The notes under the pieces were generated by a model, which did no database searches, was not told the DNA's origin, and saw only the letters and a program-made list of their open reading frames with translations. Below, piece after piece: positions 46,178-55,983 of a stretch of 64,000 bases of DNA. The first letter of the stretch is position 1, and every line of letters begins with the position of its first letter. Made by a program: the position numbers and the translations under genes. Location: IMG/VR virus record IMGVR_UViG_2648501839_000008, one strand, 5' to 3'. The DNA is from a virus (Duplodnaviria > Heunggongvirae > Uroviricota > Caudoviricetes).

Positions 46178-47752
46178 TCACTCGTTCTCTTGAGTAGATG
46201 AGTCCCCATTCCCTCGGGGTTGATCTTGCCCGCTTTCTTGGGCTGCACCACGATCATAAGTAAGTACTGACTTATTTTCAAGGGTATTTAGATCATTTTT
46301 TGGCGGAAAATTCAAGAGATCTTTATCAAATTCCTTTTTCATCGCCTCAGTAATGTTCGGGAAAATCTTCTCAATAAGCATTTCCATCTGGTGACGACGT
46401 ACAGAGTCCGGTGCCTGAAGTAATGACAGTTTCTCGGCAACAGAAAATTCATCTGTAAGGCCACGAATATCGAAACTTTCTGGATACGCAATTAAAGAGT
46501 GGTCTTCGTCCAGATCTACCCCCATCCATTTCGCAACCAGTAGCATGATTTGGCGTTCAGCCCTTTCCAGACGCTCTGCTTTTGTGACAAGCAAGCTATT
46601 TACACGCTGGAAGTCATACATTTTTGCGGCACCAGATGAGTTATCAATTCCCTGTGCGTTGTCCTGCTTCGTTCGCTCACCAGCGACACCAACTGAATGG
46701 TAGATTTCGTTAATCACCGTCTTAATCGTAGTGATGATCATCTGAGCTTGTTTCGGGTCTGGTGACAAATAAAACGGCTGGTTTCCACCTTCAGAATCGT
46801 AGGTGAAGACTCGCTTTGTGCCCATTTCAAGCACTTTAGTGTGGTTTTCATCACCAGGTAAAAGCGACTGTACCGGTATAGCCAACTGGCTAAATGTCTG
46901 ATCCTGAATAATGGCATCAAGGTTTGACAGATAGTTTGCAACCGCACGATCAAGATAAGCGATATCATCGATCAACGATGGGCTGAAATACGGTGATTCA
47001 CTTTCTCCAATACAATCAACAGGAAACACAGGAACTACGCCGAGATTATGCTCACCGCTATCCTCTAAAATAACTTTTGCCTGACGGCGACCTGCTCCAC
47101 CAGCGCCCTTCTTCACTTCCTCACGGAACAGATACCACTCGTTTTGTGTCCACAGACGATAACGTTGGTATTCCTGACCTGTAGAAGTAAAAGGATCTGC
47201 GTCATCACGAGCGACTTCCACAATTAACGCCCACAACATATTCCCGTCGTCGTCCCATGCCACATCCAGCATTTGCTGAGGTGAAATCCAGTAGGCGTAG
47301 GCGCGAGCATCTTTCTTTTTCTCGTCAGCTACTGACTCAACATCACCACTCATCGTGCTATCGACAACAACCCATATGCGACCGTAAATAGACGACTGCA
47401 AATCAATAGCGGCCATAAATGAGTCAATAGAGGCATTCTGGCGAGTCGCACGTTTCCAGAAATTGCGGATCTGCTCTGGTGCCTCTTCGATATTTCTATG
47501 AATGTCTTCTTTAAAGAGATATTTGTTGATGAGGTTTACCACCTCACGAGTGTGGTTGAAGCGATAAGCACGCTCAACTCGCTCCTTAAACTCCTGATCT
47601 CCCTCTTTAAAGTAACGAAAGATATTGTCTGTAAACCAACCACGCCCGCCAGCGTAAGTGCTGGCGAGGAAGTCCCAATGTTCTTTTTTCTTTTCGTATT
47701 CCGGGTGGCGTCGCGCCACCAGATCCTTAATTTGTTTGTCGTTCAATTCCAT
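46178..47752 (-). CDS. Portal protein
   Basis: 524 aa, directly downstream of large terminase. Confidence 0.7.
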   Translation of the reverse strand: MELNDKQIKDLVARRHPEYEKKKEHWDFLASTYAGGRGWFTDNIFRYFKEGDQEFKERVERAYRFNHTREVVNLINKYLFKEDIHRNIEEAPEQIRNFWKRATRQNASIDSFMAAIDLQSSIYGRIWVVVDSTMSGDVESVADEKKKDARAYAYWISPQQMLDVAWDDDGNMLWALIVEVARDDADPFTSTGQEYQRYRLWTQNEWYLFREEVKKGAGGAGRRQAKVILEDSGEHNLGVVPVFPVDCIGESESPYFSPSLIDDIAYLDRAVANYLSNLDAIIQDQTFSQLAIPVQSLLPGDENHTKVLEMGTKRVFTYDSEGGNQPFYLSPDPKQAQMIITTIKTVINEIYHSVGVAGERTKQDNAQGIDNSSGAAKMYDFQRVNSLLVTKAERLERAERQIMLLVAKWMGVDLDEDHSLIAYPESFDIRGLTDEFSVAEKLSLLQAPDSVRRHQMEMLIEKIFPNITEAMKKEFDKDLLNFPPKNDLNTLENKSVLTYDRGAAQESGQDQPRGNGDSSTQENE

Positions 47753-47778
47753 TTGAATAACCTTAGATAATTACTTAC

Positions 47779-49035
47779 CTATCTAGAACCACCAAGAATA
47801 ACACGGTTTTTGACTGGATACCTACGATGTACTGGATAGCCCAATGCGTCTGCACTATGCTCAATGCCACCTGTCTTATCCATATCTCGTGTTCCAGGCT
47901 TGTAGATGACTTTTTCCAGTGAATCAATCAAATGCTTGCACTTCGGATCGATATACAACCGGATATCTCCAGATGCGGTCATCAGCATTCGGTTAACAGC
48001 ATTAACACGATCCGCAATTGGCGGGTGCTTTTTCGAATAATCGACACGTAAGAATCCCTTCTCTTTGAATATGTCGACGTCAGACTCCCCGCGAGCATGT
48101 TGGCGATAAGCACCTGCCGGATCTGGAAATACCGTTATCTGTGATTTCCAGCGCCAGAAGCGTCTCTCAAGCTCATCACAAACCTCTGCCGTGTTAGAGG
48201 AAAAGAGCACCAATTCATCAATTGCCCATAGCTCACCATTTGGCTGAGGTTGCAAAATTACTGAAGACATCGGGTCAATGTTGAAGTCCTGCCCTACCCA
48301 TATAGGCAACCGAGGGTTGAACTGAAGCGGTTTTACATGCACGTTACGATCGAACGGGTAGTAAACGCGCCCGGACATGTTCTCAAAGCTCGCCAGGTAC
48401 TCCTGAGCGAACGATTTCGGGTCCATATCGTTCTTAGCAGCTTCAATTTCCGCCGTAGGCACAAACGGAGAATCGGCAGTTACAAACTGCCAGCTCTTCC
48501 ACTGTCCCTTTCTTTGCAGCTCTACGTTCTGGCCTATAGTCCACAGTTTGTGAAATTCCGAGAAACCTTTTGGCGTACCAATGATAAGTGCACCGCCGCG
48601 TGTCGATGAAAGAGTAGGTCGTAACACCTTGTACCAGGTGTCAGCCTTCATATCCTGAAATTCATCAAGCACTACAAAATGCAACGCTACGCCGCGCAGA
48701 GTGTCAGGCTTATCAGCACCTTTGAGGGCGATCTCCGAACCGTTCTTCAACACGATTGTCATCGTGGTGTCGTTCTTTTTCCTAACCCACTTACGAGGCA
48801 GAACTTCCTGTAGATCGTCCCACAAAATCTGGCGAGCCATCTGGTAAGTAGGAGCGACATACCAGACCCTTTGCTTTTTTTCCTTTGCCGCCGCACGAAT
48901 AATAGTGGAGATCGACAACCGGGATTTTCCCCAGCGTCGACCAGCACAAACAACTTTAAATCGATGCGGAGACTGGAAGACTTTCATCTGTCCAGAATGC
49001 AGTTGCACAAGACTGAGCGAGGACGGGATTGCCAT
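47779..49035 (-). CDS. Terminase large subunit
   Basis: Walker A VVCAGRRWGKS near N-terminus; 418 aa; position. Confidence 0.85.
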   Translation of the reverse strand: MAIPSSLSLVQLHSGQMKVFQSPHRFKVVCAGRRWGKSRLSISTIIRAAAKEKKQRVWYVAPTYQMARQILWDDLQEVLPRKWVRKKNDTTMTIVLKNGSEIALKGADKPDTLRGVALHFVVLDEFQDMKADTWYKVLRPTLSSTRGGALIIGTPKGFSEFHKLWTIGQNVELQRKGQWKSWQFVTADSPFVPTAEIEAAKNDMDPKSFAQEYLASFENMSGRVYYPFDRNVHVKPLQFNPRLPIWVGQDFNIDPMSSVILQPQPNGELWAIDELVLFSSNTAEVCDELERRFWRWKSQITVFPDPAGAYRQHARGESDVDIFKEKGFLRVDYSKKHPPIADRVNAVNRMLMTASGDIRLYIDPKCKHLIDSLEKVIYKPGTRDMDKTGGIEHSADALGYPVHRRYPVKNRVILGGSR

Positions 49036-49667
49036 TATTCGTCCTCCCCTTCACTTCCATCATCTGTCGCATCAAATTCGCTTAGAGCTTCTTCTTCCAA
49101 CGTCTCAAGCAATTCGTCATCGATGATTTCAGGCTCGTCGTCTTCCTGACGTAATTTCGCCACCTGGGAAGGCGTAAGCTCACCAAATACCAGGTTCGGA
49201 ATTTCTTCCTCGTCATTTTCCGCATGATCCATGCCCAATGCTTTGGACGAAACTTCAAAGCATTTTGCAAGGGTATTACTGGCTCTCTGTAAGCTCTTGA
49301 GAGAATCCTCAATCGCCCCTAAAGGCTTACCCTCACGTTTGGCCGTAGTGACTTCGACCATCACCATCTGCCCCAACGCATACGCCCAGCCGTCATAACG
49401 TGTACGACGTTCTTCTATCTTTTCCGCACGGGCTTTAGCGCGAAGCTCTGCGTCAGATTTAAGAGACTCACGAACCATCTTCCCAACAGAGTCCGCGCCT
49501 TTCTCTAATCCTCGCTTTTTGAAATGTCTGGAGAGTGTTTCACGACGAATGCCGTACTCTTCCTCCAGCTTTGAGAGTGTATATTCGCCTGACGTCCATT
49601 TGGCTTCAGCTTCGGCCCACTCCGCTGGTGTCAGGCGAGTTTTTACCTCGTCTTTTTCGACCGTCAT
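49035..49667 (-). CDS. Terminase small subunit (HTH N-terminus, acidic C-terminus)
   Basis: 210 aa; start/stop overlap with large terminase; acidic tail. Confidence 0.6.
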   Translation of the reverse strand: MTVEKDEVKTRLTPAEWAEAEAKWTSGEYTLSKLEEEYGIRRETLSRHFKKRGLEKGADSVGKMVRESLKSDAELRAKARAEKIEERRTRYDGWAYALGQMVMVEVTTAKREGKPLGAIEDSLKSLQRASNTLAKCFEVSSKALGMDHAENDEEEIPNLVFGELTPSQVAKLRQEDDEPEIIDDELLETLEEEALSEFDATDDGSEGEDE

Positions 49668-49704
49668 AGATCCCTCTAAAACACACAGAGCGCGTCCATG
49701 CGCT

Positions 49705-49746
49705 CTAAAACAACTTGTTTACTGCATTTTCTAACCAACTTGTTTT
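49705..49746. promoter_or_regulatory. Two O2 palindromic operators upstream of terminase operon
   Basis: aaaacaacttgtttac (49705-49720) and aaccaacttgttttct (49731-49746). Confidence 0.45.
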
Positions 49747-49781
49747 CTGGGTTGTTTAATTAGGTCTGGGCATGTCTTATT

Positions 49782-49839
49782 AAGCCTGCTTCCGTATATA
49801 TTTAATAAGTTACTTATTATTTATATATACAGAAGCAGG
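49782..49839. repeat. 58-bp nested-palindrome element, copy 2
   Basis: gcctgcttccgtatatatttaataagttacttattatttatatatacagaagcaggtc; near-identical to 16172-16230. Confidence 0.6.
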
Positions 49840-49863
49840 TCTTTAAATAAGCTCCCAGACCGA

Positions 49864-50130
49864 TTACATCACCAGTAACTTCGCTTTGGCTCGACCTAAA
49901 GTGGTTAACCCAAGAGTTCGGCGGTGATAGCGATTGTCACTGCGTTGGCGCGTATGCCCTTTCTCCACAAGCCCCTTTTTTATCAGAGCGCGAATTGAGA
50001 ACTGGATACTTTGCTTGGTTGTCTTGTACGGCAAAACTTCAAGCAATTCGTCCAGATCAAGTAGATGACCTCGCTCATAACCGAGATTGAGCGTTTTGAT
50101 GATGTCCTTTTGTTTATCGGTTAACGTCAT
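49864..50130 (-). CDS. Small winged-helix-type DNA-binding protein, tentative
   Basis: 88 aa basic protein. Confidence 0.4.
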   Translation of the reverse strand: MTLTDKQKDIIKTLNLGYERGHLLDLDELLEVLPYKTTKQSIQFSIRALIKKGLVEKGHTRQRSDNRYHRRTLGLTTLGRAKAKLLVM

Positions 50131-50139
50131 GGCAAATCC

Positions 50140-51030
50140 TTATGCCGGTAAAGCAATTTCTAACGGTTTATCCAAAGGTTGTTTGTCGAATGCCAGCAGT
50201 GGCAGCGTGTCAGGCAGTCGACGACCAAAGTCAGGGTTTCGATACACCCCATACAACGGAGACGTAAAGCTCAGGTTGTGAATGTCCTTGAGCAACTTCA
50301 CAATGCTGGCCTCGTCCACCAGACTGTCGGCAATGTCCTGAATCGTCGTGCCACGATTCCGCCCAGCTTTTGCCAGGGAACTGTTCTTGTGGTAGTCCGC
50401 CACCAGATCACGCAGTGCACGGCGACGACGAGACTCGCTCATTGCGAACAACTCTTTGACGATCGCCTCGTTATCACCCGGGTCGGAACGGAAATGGCGC
50501 TGGAATACACGCAGTGCACTTTCATAGCTCTTCGGTCGCTCAGGGCGGATGAACTTAAACCCTGCTTTCATGGCGAAGGGATTGTATTTACTCATCGAGG
50601 ACTGGATCTCAATGATTGGCCGGTCATGCATCCTGCTAACCAGGTTAATCATTCGATAAGAGACGCCTACGCCACGATACTGAGTATCCACAACTGAGCG
50701 ACTGATCACCGCAAAGTTGTTATTCACGTACCGACCCCAGTACTGGTTAGCCACGGTGGTATTAGTGGTTGGTTTCAACTTAGGAAACATGCGGTGGCGA
50801 GGTGCCAACAGTAGTTTCGGGTAAGCCATAACCACGACGCCCACCAGACGGTCATCAAGTTCGCAGCGATAGTAAGTTGGCGCGAAAGGTTTGCCGTCTG
50901 TTTTGTAGTGAAGCGACTTAAGAGCGTGCCAGTCCTCTACAGTTCCCTTTGTAACAGTCATTCGCTCCAGAAAGTCCAGATGACGCGGAAACTCTTCAGG
51001 GCGGTAGCGTTTAATGATGATGTCCGTCAT
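50140..51030 (-). CDS. GNAT-like acetyltransferase-fold protein with C-terminal extension, tentative
   Basis: VVDTQYRGVGVSYRMIN resembles GNAT acetyl-CoA-binding motif A; 4-nt overlap with upstream ATPase gene. Confidence 0.4.
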   Translation of the reverse strand: MTDIIIKRYRPEEFPRHLDFLERMTVTKGTVEDWHALKSLHYKTDGKPFAPTYYRCELDDRLVGVVVMAYPKLLLAPRHRMFPKLKPTTNTTVANQYWGRYVNNNFAVISRSVVDTQYRGVGVSYRMINLVSRMHDRPIIEIQSSMSKYNPFAMKAGFKFIRPERPKSYESALRVFQRHFRSDPGDNEAIVKELFAMSESRRRRALRDLVADYHKNSSLAKAGRNRGTTIQDIADSLVDEASIVKLLKDIHNLSFTSPLYGVYRNPDFGRRLPDTLPLLAFDKQPLDKPLEIALPA

Positions 51031-51692
51031 GAATGGACCTCATCGTGACTACCATTGTGATATTCCACCTTCACGCGTTCTTTGTAGTGCTTGGTGATCT
51101 GCATATCCGGGCGCAGCGCGTTCTTCAGGTCTTCGTGAGTCGTCGCCACCATTACCGTCGCACCAACCTTTCGAGCGGCACGCTGGAGGTTAGACGCCAC
51201 AACCTGAGCGGTTACACGGTCGAGAACAGCGCCGAACTCGTCAGCAGCCCACACTTTAGCGCCTGACTCAATCAGTTTGGCAATCTTGAGACGATATTTC
51301 TGGCCGTCTGACATTTCAGAAGGCTTGCGAACAAACAGATATGCATCGTTCAGACCAGCCATAGATAACAACCCAAGCGCATCACTGGTCGTTTTGCCCA
51401 ACTGATCGATGACGTTAACCTCATTATCGAAGGTAAAATCATCGATGGAGGCTACAGACAGCCCTTCATCCTTCATCTGTCGTTGCAACTCGCGCAGCAC
51501 AACGGATTTGCCGGAACCGGATTGGCCGGTGATGTACACCACATCGCCCTGCTTCACTTCCAGCTCCAGATTGTCGTAAAGCGTCCACTCTTTTTCGTCC
51601 AGGCCAAGCCCGAACGACTCAGCGATTTCCAACGTGCGCGTGGTTTTATTTACGCGTGTCTGAAACGATACGTTGATGATGTATTTGCTCAT
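51027..51692 (-). CDS. Compact ABC/SMC-type ATPase
   Basis: Walker A ITGQSGSGKS; signature-like SDGQKYR; Walker B VWAADEFGAVLD; H-loop-like TTHE; 221 aa. Confidence 0.6.
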   Translation of the reverse strand: MSKYIINVSFQTRVNKTTRTLEIAESFGLGLDEKEWTLYDNLELEVKQGDVVYITGQSGSGKSVVLRELQRQMKDEGLSVASIDDFTFDNEVNVIDQLGKTTSDALGLLSMAGLNDAYLFVRKPSEMSDGQKYRLKIAKLIESGAKVWAADEFGAVLDRVTAQVVASNLQRAARKVGATVMVATTHEDLKNALRPDMQITKHYKERVKVEYHNGSHDEVHS

Positions 51693-52390
51693 GCAGCCAT
51701 CTCCCCGGAAGAGATCTTCTCCGCATATGCCACAAATGCGTCTACCCCGCTTTCTCCCGTCATTTCTTCCATGTGGGCAAGCAAATCACCAACAACAATG
51801 GCAGAGCCAGCAGGGAGCGTTTTAAAGCCCAATACGTCGACAACACGTACTTCTTCCGCTGCAACTTCACGACTGATCTCGGTGTGTTCATCCTTCTGTC
51901 GTTTAGTTTCTTCGCCAAGATCGATAACTAGCGAGTCGGTGTCCATTTCTTCTGTCATACTGCCAACGAGAACATTCAACTCACGCTCTTCAAAGCCGAA
52001 AACCTCGATATCGTCCAGAACAAGCGACTCAAGCTCTTTCTGTAGCTTAATTGCATCGTAATCAATGCTGGCAAGTCGGTTATCTTCAAGGCGCTTCGCA
52101 CGAACCTCGTCATCACTGAGATCATCGCGAACAATAACCGGTACGCGCTCAAGTCCAGCAAAAATTGCAGCCTCACGGCGGCCGTGGCCAGTAATAATTA
52201 CGTCGTTCTTATCGACCGTAATTGGCTGGTCAAATCCGCGCTTTTTAATGGCTGCGGCTAGATCTCGGATCTGCTGTTCATCATGCTTTTTGGCATTCAT
52301 CTCATAGGGAATAAGATCTGCCGGGTCGCGATATACGATTTCAAACTTTTTGGTCATTACATACGCTCCTTGTAGTAGTCGACCAGCCAC
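51689..52390 (-). CDS. ParB/Sulfiredoxin-fold domain protein (second copy)
   Basis: ParB N-terminal-domain-like motif VIITGHGRREAA; acidic C-terminus. Confidence 0.6.
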   Translation of the reverse strand: MAGRLLQGAYVMTKKFEIVYRDPADLIPYEMNAKKHDEQQIRDLAAAIKKRGFDQPITVDKNDVIITGHGRREAAIFAGLERVPVIVRDDLSDDEVRAKRLEDNRLASIDYDAIKLQKELESLVLDDIEVFGFEERELNVLVGSMTEEMDTDSLVIDLGEETKRQKDEHTEISREVAAEEVRVVDVLGFKTLPAGSAIVVGDLLAHMEEMTGESGVDAFVAYAEKISSGEMAA

Positions 52391-53037
52391 ACCAGAGCCT
52401 CACCAGCGTTCTCCATTTCATTACCGGTGTTAATAGCCTGCTCTTTGATGATGTTTTTTATGGTTTCTGCAACACGATCTGACGCATCGAAAGTTACTTT
52501 GAAGCGCATGGTCTGATGTTCCGCACCCACACGTTCGGTTTTCTCTCGTTTGTCGGTATCGACAGGCTCATCACTACCACGAGACAACGCCTCCAGTGCT
52601 TCAAGGTCGATTGCCGCCTCTTTTGCTAAAACCATCGAGATTTCGTCGTCATACGGGGCGATTTCAGACAGTTGATAGTCAAGTTCTGACTGAATTTCTT
52701 CAATGAAGCGTTGCAATGCGATTTGGTCGTCTTCACCGTATCGCTCGTTGTCCACCAGTGACATCTGTTTAGCTACGACATCGCTAATTTTGCCCACAGA
52801 AAGCACCGGAACCGTTGAAATTCCTTGCTCAATAGCAGCACGCCAGCGATGTTCGCCGCCGAGGATTTCAAAAAATCCATCTTCAAGTTCACGAGCCAAA
52901 ATTGGCTTAAAAAAGCCCAATTTTTCGATAGAACCTTTCAGTTTTTCAAAATTCTGCGCACCAACCGAATTGGTGTTCCAGGTATTCGGGCGAAGGTTGG
53001 CAACATCAACCTGCAAAATCGTGATTTTTACATCCAT
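52357..53037 (-). CDS. ParB/Sulfiredoxin-fold domain protein
   Basis: ParB N-terminal-domain motif FFEILGGEHRWRAA. Confidence 0.65.
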   Translation of the reverse strand: MDVKITILQVDVANLRPNTWNTNSVGAQNFEKLKGSIEKLGFFKPILARELEDGFFEILGGEHRWRAAIEQGISTVPVLSVGKISDVVAKQMSLVDNERYGEDDQIALQRFIEEIQSELDYQLSEIAPYDDEISMVLAKEAAIDLEALEALSRGSDEPVDTDKREKTERVGAEHQTMRFKVTFDASDRVAETIKNIIKEQAINTGNEMENAGEALVWLVDYYKERM

Positions 53038-53054
53038 TTTATTGCTACAATCTA

Positions 53055-53076
53055 CTAGGTATTCACTTACTTATTA
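53055..53076. promoter_or_regulatory. O1 palindromic motif in divergent promoter region
   Basis: ctaggtattcacttacttatta between ParB-like gene start and helicase gene start. Confidence 0.35.
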
Positions 53077-53119
53077 TAATAGCCAAATAACATACAAAAG
53101 GCACTAAGGAAAGAGGTTT

Positions 53120-54679
53120 ATGACTGTTCGGATTGTATCTAACGCAGTAAATGCGCTTATTTCTGGCGCAGATGACAAGGTAAAGCAACTGGTGCAGCAA
53201 ATGTTGAGCTACGAAGTCGAGACTGGCGACTGGAAGGGCACAAGCACGATGTTCAACTGGAGTAAAAACTCGTTCCCTGCTGGCTTTGCCAAGCCTGTAG
53301 CGGCGAACTTGAACAAGGCGGGCATCAAATGTGTTCATATCCGCAAAGACAAAGCCCCGGCGCTTGGTAAACCAAATCCGGCGGTTAACCCATTCCCATA
53401 CAATCCTGATTATGCGTATCAGGATCAGACTGTGGAAACACTGGTTCGAGAGGGAATGATGATTGCGCAGATCGCTACTGGTGGCGGGAAATCTAACGTT
53501 GCCTGCAAAGCAGCTGCACGTATCGGTCGAATGACATTATTTTTAACAACCCGCTCTGTTCTGATGTTTCAAATGGCCGAAAACTTCCAGAGATCCATCG
53601 ACTACCGCGCCGAAAATGGCGAACCGTGGTTAAAAGACCAAAAGGTTGGAGTCATTGGCTCGGGTGAGTTCCAGGTATCACGACATATCAACGTCGCTAC
53701 AGTTCAAACTCTTGCAAGTTTCCTCGAAGAACCACCACGCGATGCAACACCAGATAAGAAAAGCTACCACCTCAAACGTCGGGAGTTGGTGAAACGCTTC
53801 CTTTCAAGTGTCTCTCTTCTTATTCTGGAAGAGGCGCATGAGTCTTCAGGCTCAAATTTCTATGACATCGCCAGATTATGTGTGAACGCGGACTATCGTC
53901 TGGCGCTTACAGCCACGCCGTTCATGAAGGATTCGACGGAAGCCAACATGCGCCTGATGGCGGTGGCCGGGCGAATTGAAATTAAAGTCACAGAAAAGTA
54001 CCTGATTGATCGAGGCATTCTGGCAAAGCCGTACTTCCTTTATCATAAAGTTGCCTACAAGCCAGACGAGGCCAGAATCAAGGCCGAACTTGCCAACAAA
54101 CACCTCAATTTTAGAGTTGGTATGAGCACCGCCTACCAAAAGGCTTATCAGTTGGGGATCGTGTATAATTTGGGACGTAACGAGGCCATTGTTCGCGAAG
54201 CATTGCTCTATAAGCAACATTCTCTCAATTGTATGACTCTGGTTCGTCTTAAACGCCACGGGCAAATCCTGATGGAAATGATGAAAGAGTCCGGCCTTAG
54301 AGTTGACTTCATCTATGGGGAATCTAACCAGGCGACAAGGCAAGCAAAGCTGAACAGTTTAGCGTCTGGAGAAATAGATGTTTTAATAGGCTCGACTATT
54401 CTGGATGTCGGTGTTGATGTGCCAAGCGTTGGTGCGGTCATTCTTGCTGGTGGTGGGAAAGCAGAAGTTGAAATGAGGCAGCGTGTCGGTCGTGGCTTAC
54501 GAGCCAAAAAAAATCAGGCAAACGTGTGTTTTATCACTGATTTCATTGACATTAGCAACAAATACCTGTTGTCTCACTCTTATGAGCGAAAACACATCAT
54601 CGACACCACACCTGGCTTTGCAGAAGGTGTATTGCCTATTGATGGAGCATTCGATTTTGGAGTTCTGAAACGAGATTAG
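53120..54679 (+). CDS. Superfamily 2 DNA/RNA helicase (DEAH-like)
   Basis: Walker A ATGGGKS, motif II LILEEAHES (DEAH-like), C-terminal helicase-domain-like region with arginine motif QRVGRGLR. Confidence 0.75.
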   Translation: MTVRIVSNAVNALISGADDKVKQLVQQMLSYEVETGDWKGTSTMFNWSKNSFPAGFAKPVAANLNKAGIKCVHIRKDKAPALGKPNPAVNPFPYNPDYAYQDQTVETLVREGMMIAQIATGGGKSNVACKAAARIGRMTLFLTTRSVLMFQMAENFQRSIDYRAENGEPWLKDQKVGVIGSGEFQVSRHINVATVQTLASFLEEPPRDATPDKKSYHLKRRELVKRFLSSVSLLILEEAHESSGSNFYDIARLCVNADYRLALTATPFMKDSTEANMRLMAVAGRIEIKVTEKYLIDRGILAKPYFLYHKVAYKPDEARIKAELANKHLNFRVGMSTAYQKAYQLGIVYNLGRNEAIVREALLYKQHSLNCMTLVRLKRHGQILMEMMKESGLRVDFIYGESNQATRQAKLNSLASGEIDVLIGSTILDVGVDVPSVGAVILAGGGKAEVEMRQRVGRGLRAKKNQANVCFITDFIDISNKYLLSHSYERKHIIDTTPGFAEGVLPIDGAFDFGVLKRD

Positions 54680-54681
54680 TT

Positions 54682-54960
54682 ATGAGCGAAAAGAAAACAA
54701 CTTATTGTCAGGTAGCATTGTCTGATAAGGCCAATGACAAACTTGGAAAGTTTCAAGTGAAACTAAAAGAAAAAAATATCAAAATGTCTAAGGCTGAAGT
54801 CATAAATACCATTCTGGAACAATTGACAATGGCCGACTTTGACAAGGTTATATCTTCTGTCGGGGCTTCCGCTAAGACTCGTGAGAAAATCATGCGTATC
54901 TATGAGAACTCTAATATGACAAAGGAAGATCTCGAAACGCTATTAAGCAGATTAAAATAA
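54682..54960 (+). CDS. Hypothetical small protein (possible ribbon-helix-helix DNA binding)
   Basis: 92-aa ORF immediately after helicase. Confidence 0.35.
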   Translation: MSEKKTTYCQVALSDKANDKLGKFQVKLKEKNIKMSKAEVINTILEQLTMADFDKVISSVGASAKTREKIMRIYENSNMTKEDLETLLSRLK

Positions 54961-54986
54961 TCACGCTATCAATTAGGGAGACAAAG

Positions 54987-55451
54987 ATGAAGTCTCCCAT
55001 ACTGTTCACTTTCTGTTCTAAAACTATCATGAAATACTCGCTTCTCCCTCTACTAACGTTACCAGTGTTGATGCTTACCGCGTGCCAATCACGCCCAATA
55101 TCAATCCATGACGCCAAACCAGCACCGCAGGCCAAAGTGTTCAAGTATCAAAGCGCAGCGCCAGCTACGTTGGTGGTAATGAGAGACACAGGTTTTGTAG
55201 GAGCTGGATGTGATGCTTCCATTTTCATCAACGGCGAAACTGTCGCAAAACTGGCTACAGGCGAAAAAGCGACTTTCCATTTAAATGCCGGAGAATTAAT
55301 TGTGGGTGCATCTCTTGAAGGTGCAGGTTTATGTGCTCTAAACCCCGCTCGTCAAGAGCGAGAAACGACTCTGAAGAATGGAGACACAAAAGCGTTCAGG
55401 GTGTTCACCAGCAATTCTGGTGACATCGACATTCTGCCAACAACTCTGTGA
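54987..55451 (+). CDS. Lipoprotein
   Basis: Signal peptide with lipobox LMLTAC; start may be internal Met (MKYSLL...). Confidence 0.5.
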   Translation: MKSPILFTFCSKTIMKYSLLPLLTLPVLMLTACQSRPISIHDAKPAPQAKVFKYQSAAPATLVVMRDTGFVGAGCDASIFINGETVAKLATGEKATFHLNAGELIVGASLEGAGLCALNPARQERETTLKNGDTKAFRVFTSNSGDIDILPTTL

Positions 55452-55455
55452 TGAC

Positions 55456-55980
55456 ATGACAACCAAAGATATTACCTACGGTATCCAAGCTGAACTCTGG
55501 CCGCGAGATTACACTAACGTTGAAAAACTACTGATGTTCTGGCGCAGAGAACAAATTCCTGTAAGGGTCACTCTCGAAGATGGCCAGGCGTTTTGCATGT
55601 ACGTTTATGGCCTCATGCCATCTCGTAACAAAGTTGACCTTTGCCCAGCCCCTTTTGACAAAGAAAATCGTATAAGGCTCCCACTTGAACGCATTAGTAC
55701 AATTGAATCAGGTGTGGTTGACAGTATCGCTCACGATTTCAAAGGTCGACTAACAGTTCACCCTGATTATGTCGATAATCGGCCATCACGCCGCGATTTT
55801 TTTGCAATTTGCAACCAAGCCTACAAAGCAAACAAATCTATAAGGGTGTACATGGCGGATGGCCGTGAAATTGAGGGGGTGTCAGCAGGCGCAGATGCTT
55901 GTCAGGTTACACTACGTGTCGAGAACGGTAGAAAAATAGTTGTTTTGTTCGATTGGGTTGAACGAATTTTGCCTTTTTGA
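55456..55980 (+). CDS. Hypothetical protein
   Basis: ORF-track 55378..55980 trimmed to internal ATG (MTTKDITYG...) right after lipoprotein stop. Confidence 0.4.
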   Translation: MTTKDITYGIQAELWPRDYTNVEKLLMFWRREQIPVRVTLEDGQAFCMYVYGLMPSRNKVDLCPAPFDKENRIRLPLERISTIESGVVDSIAHDFKGRLTVHPDYVDNRPSRRDFFAICNQAYKANKSIRVYMADGREIEGVSAGADACQVTLRVENGRKIVVLFDWVERILPF

Positions 55981-55983
55981 GTT

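Noticed and set aside
51689-53037. The two ParB-like genes as the partition centromere-binding protein
   Set aside because: A separate ParA with overlapping small partner gene exists at 17985-19012; these ParB-fold proteins are instead coupled to an ABC-type ATPase and a GNAT-like protein, so a different role is more likely (not excluded).
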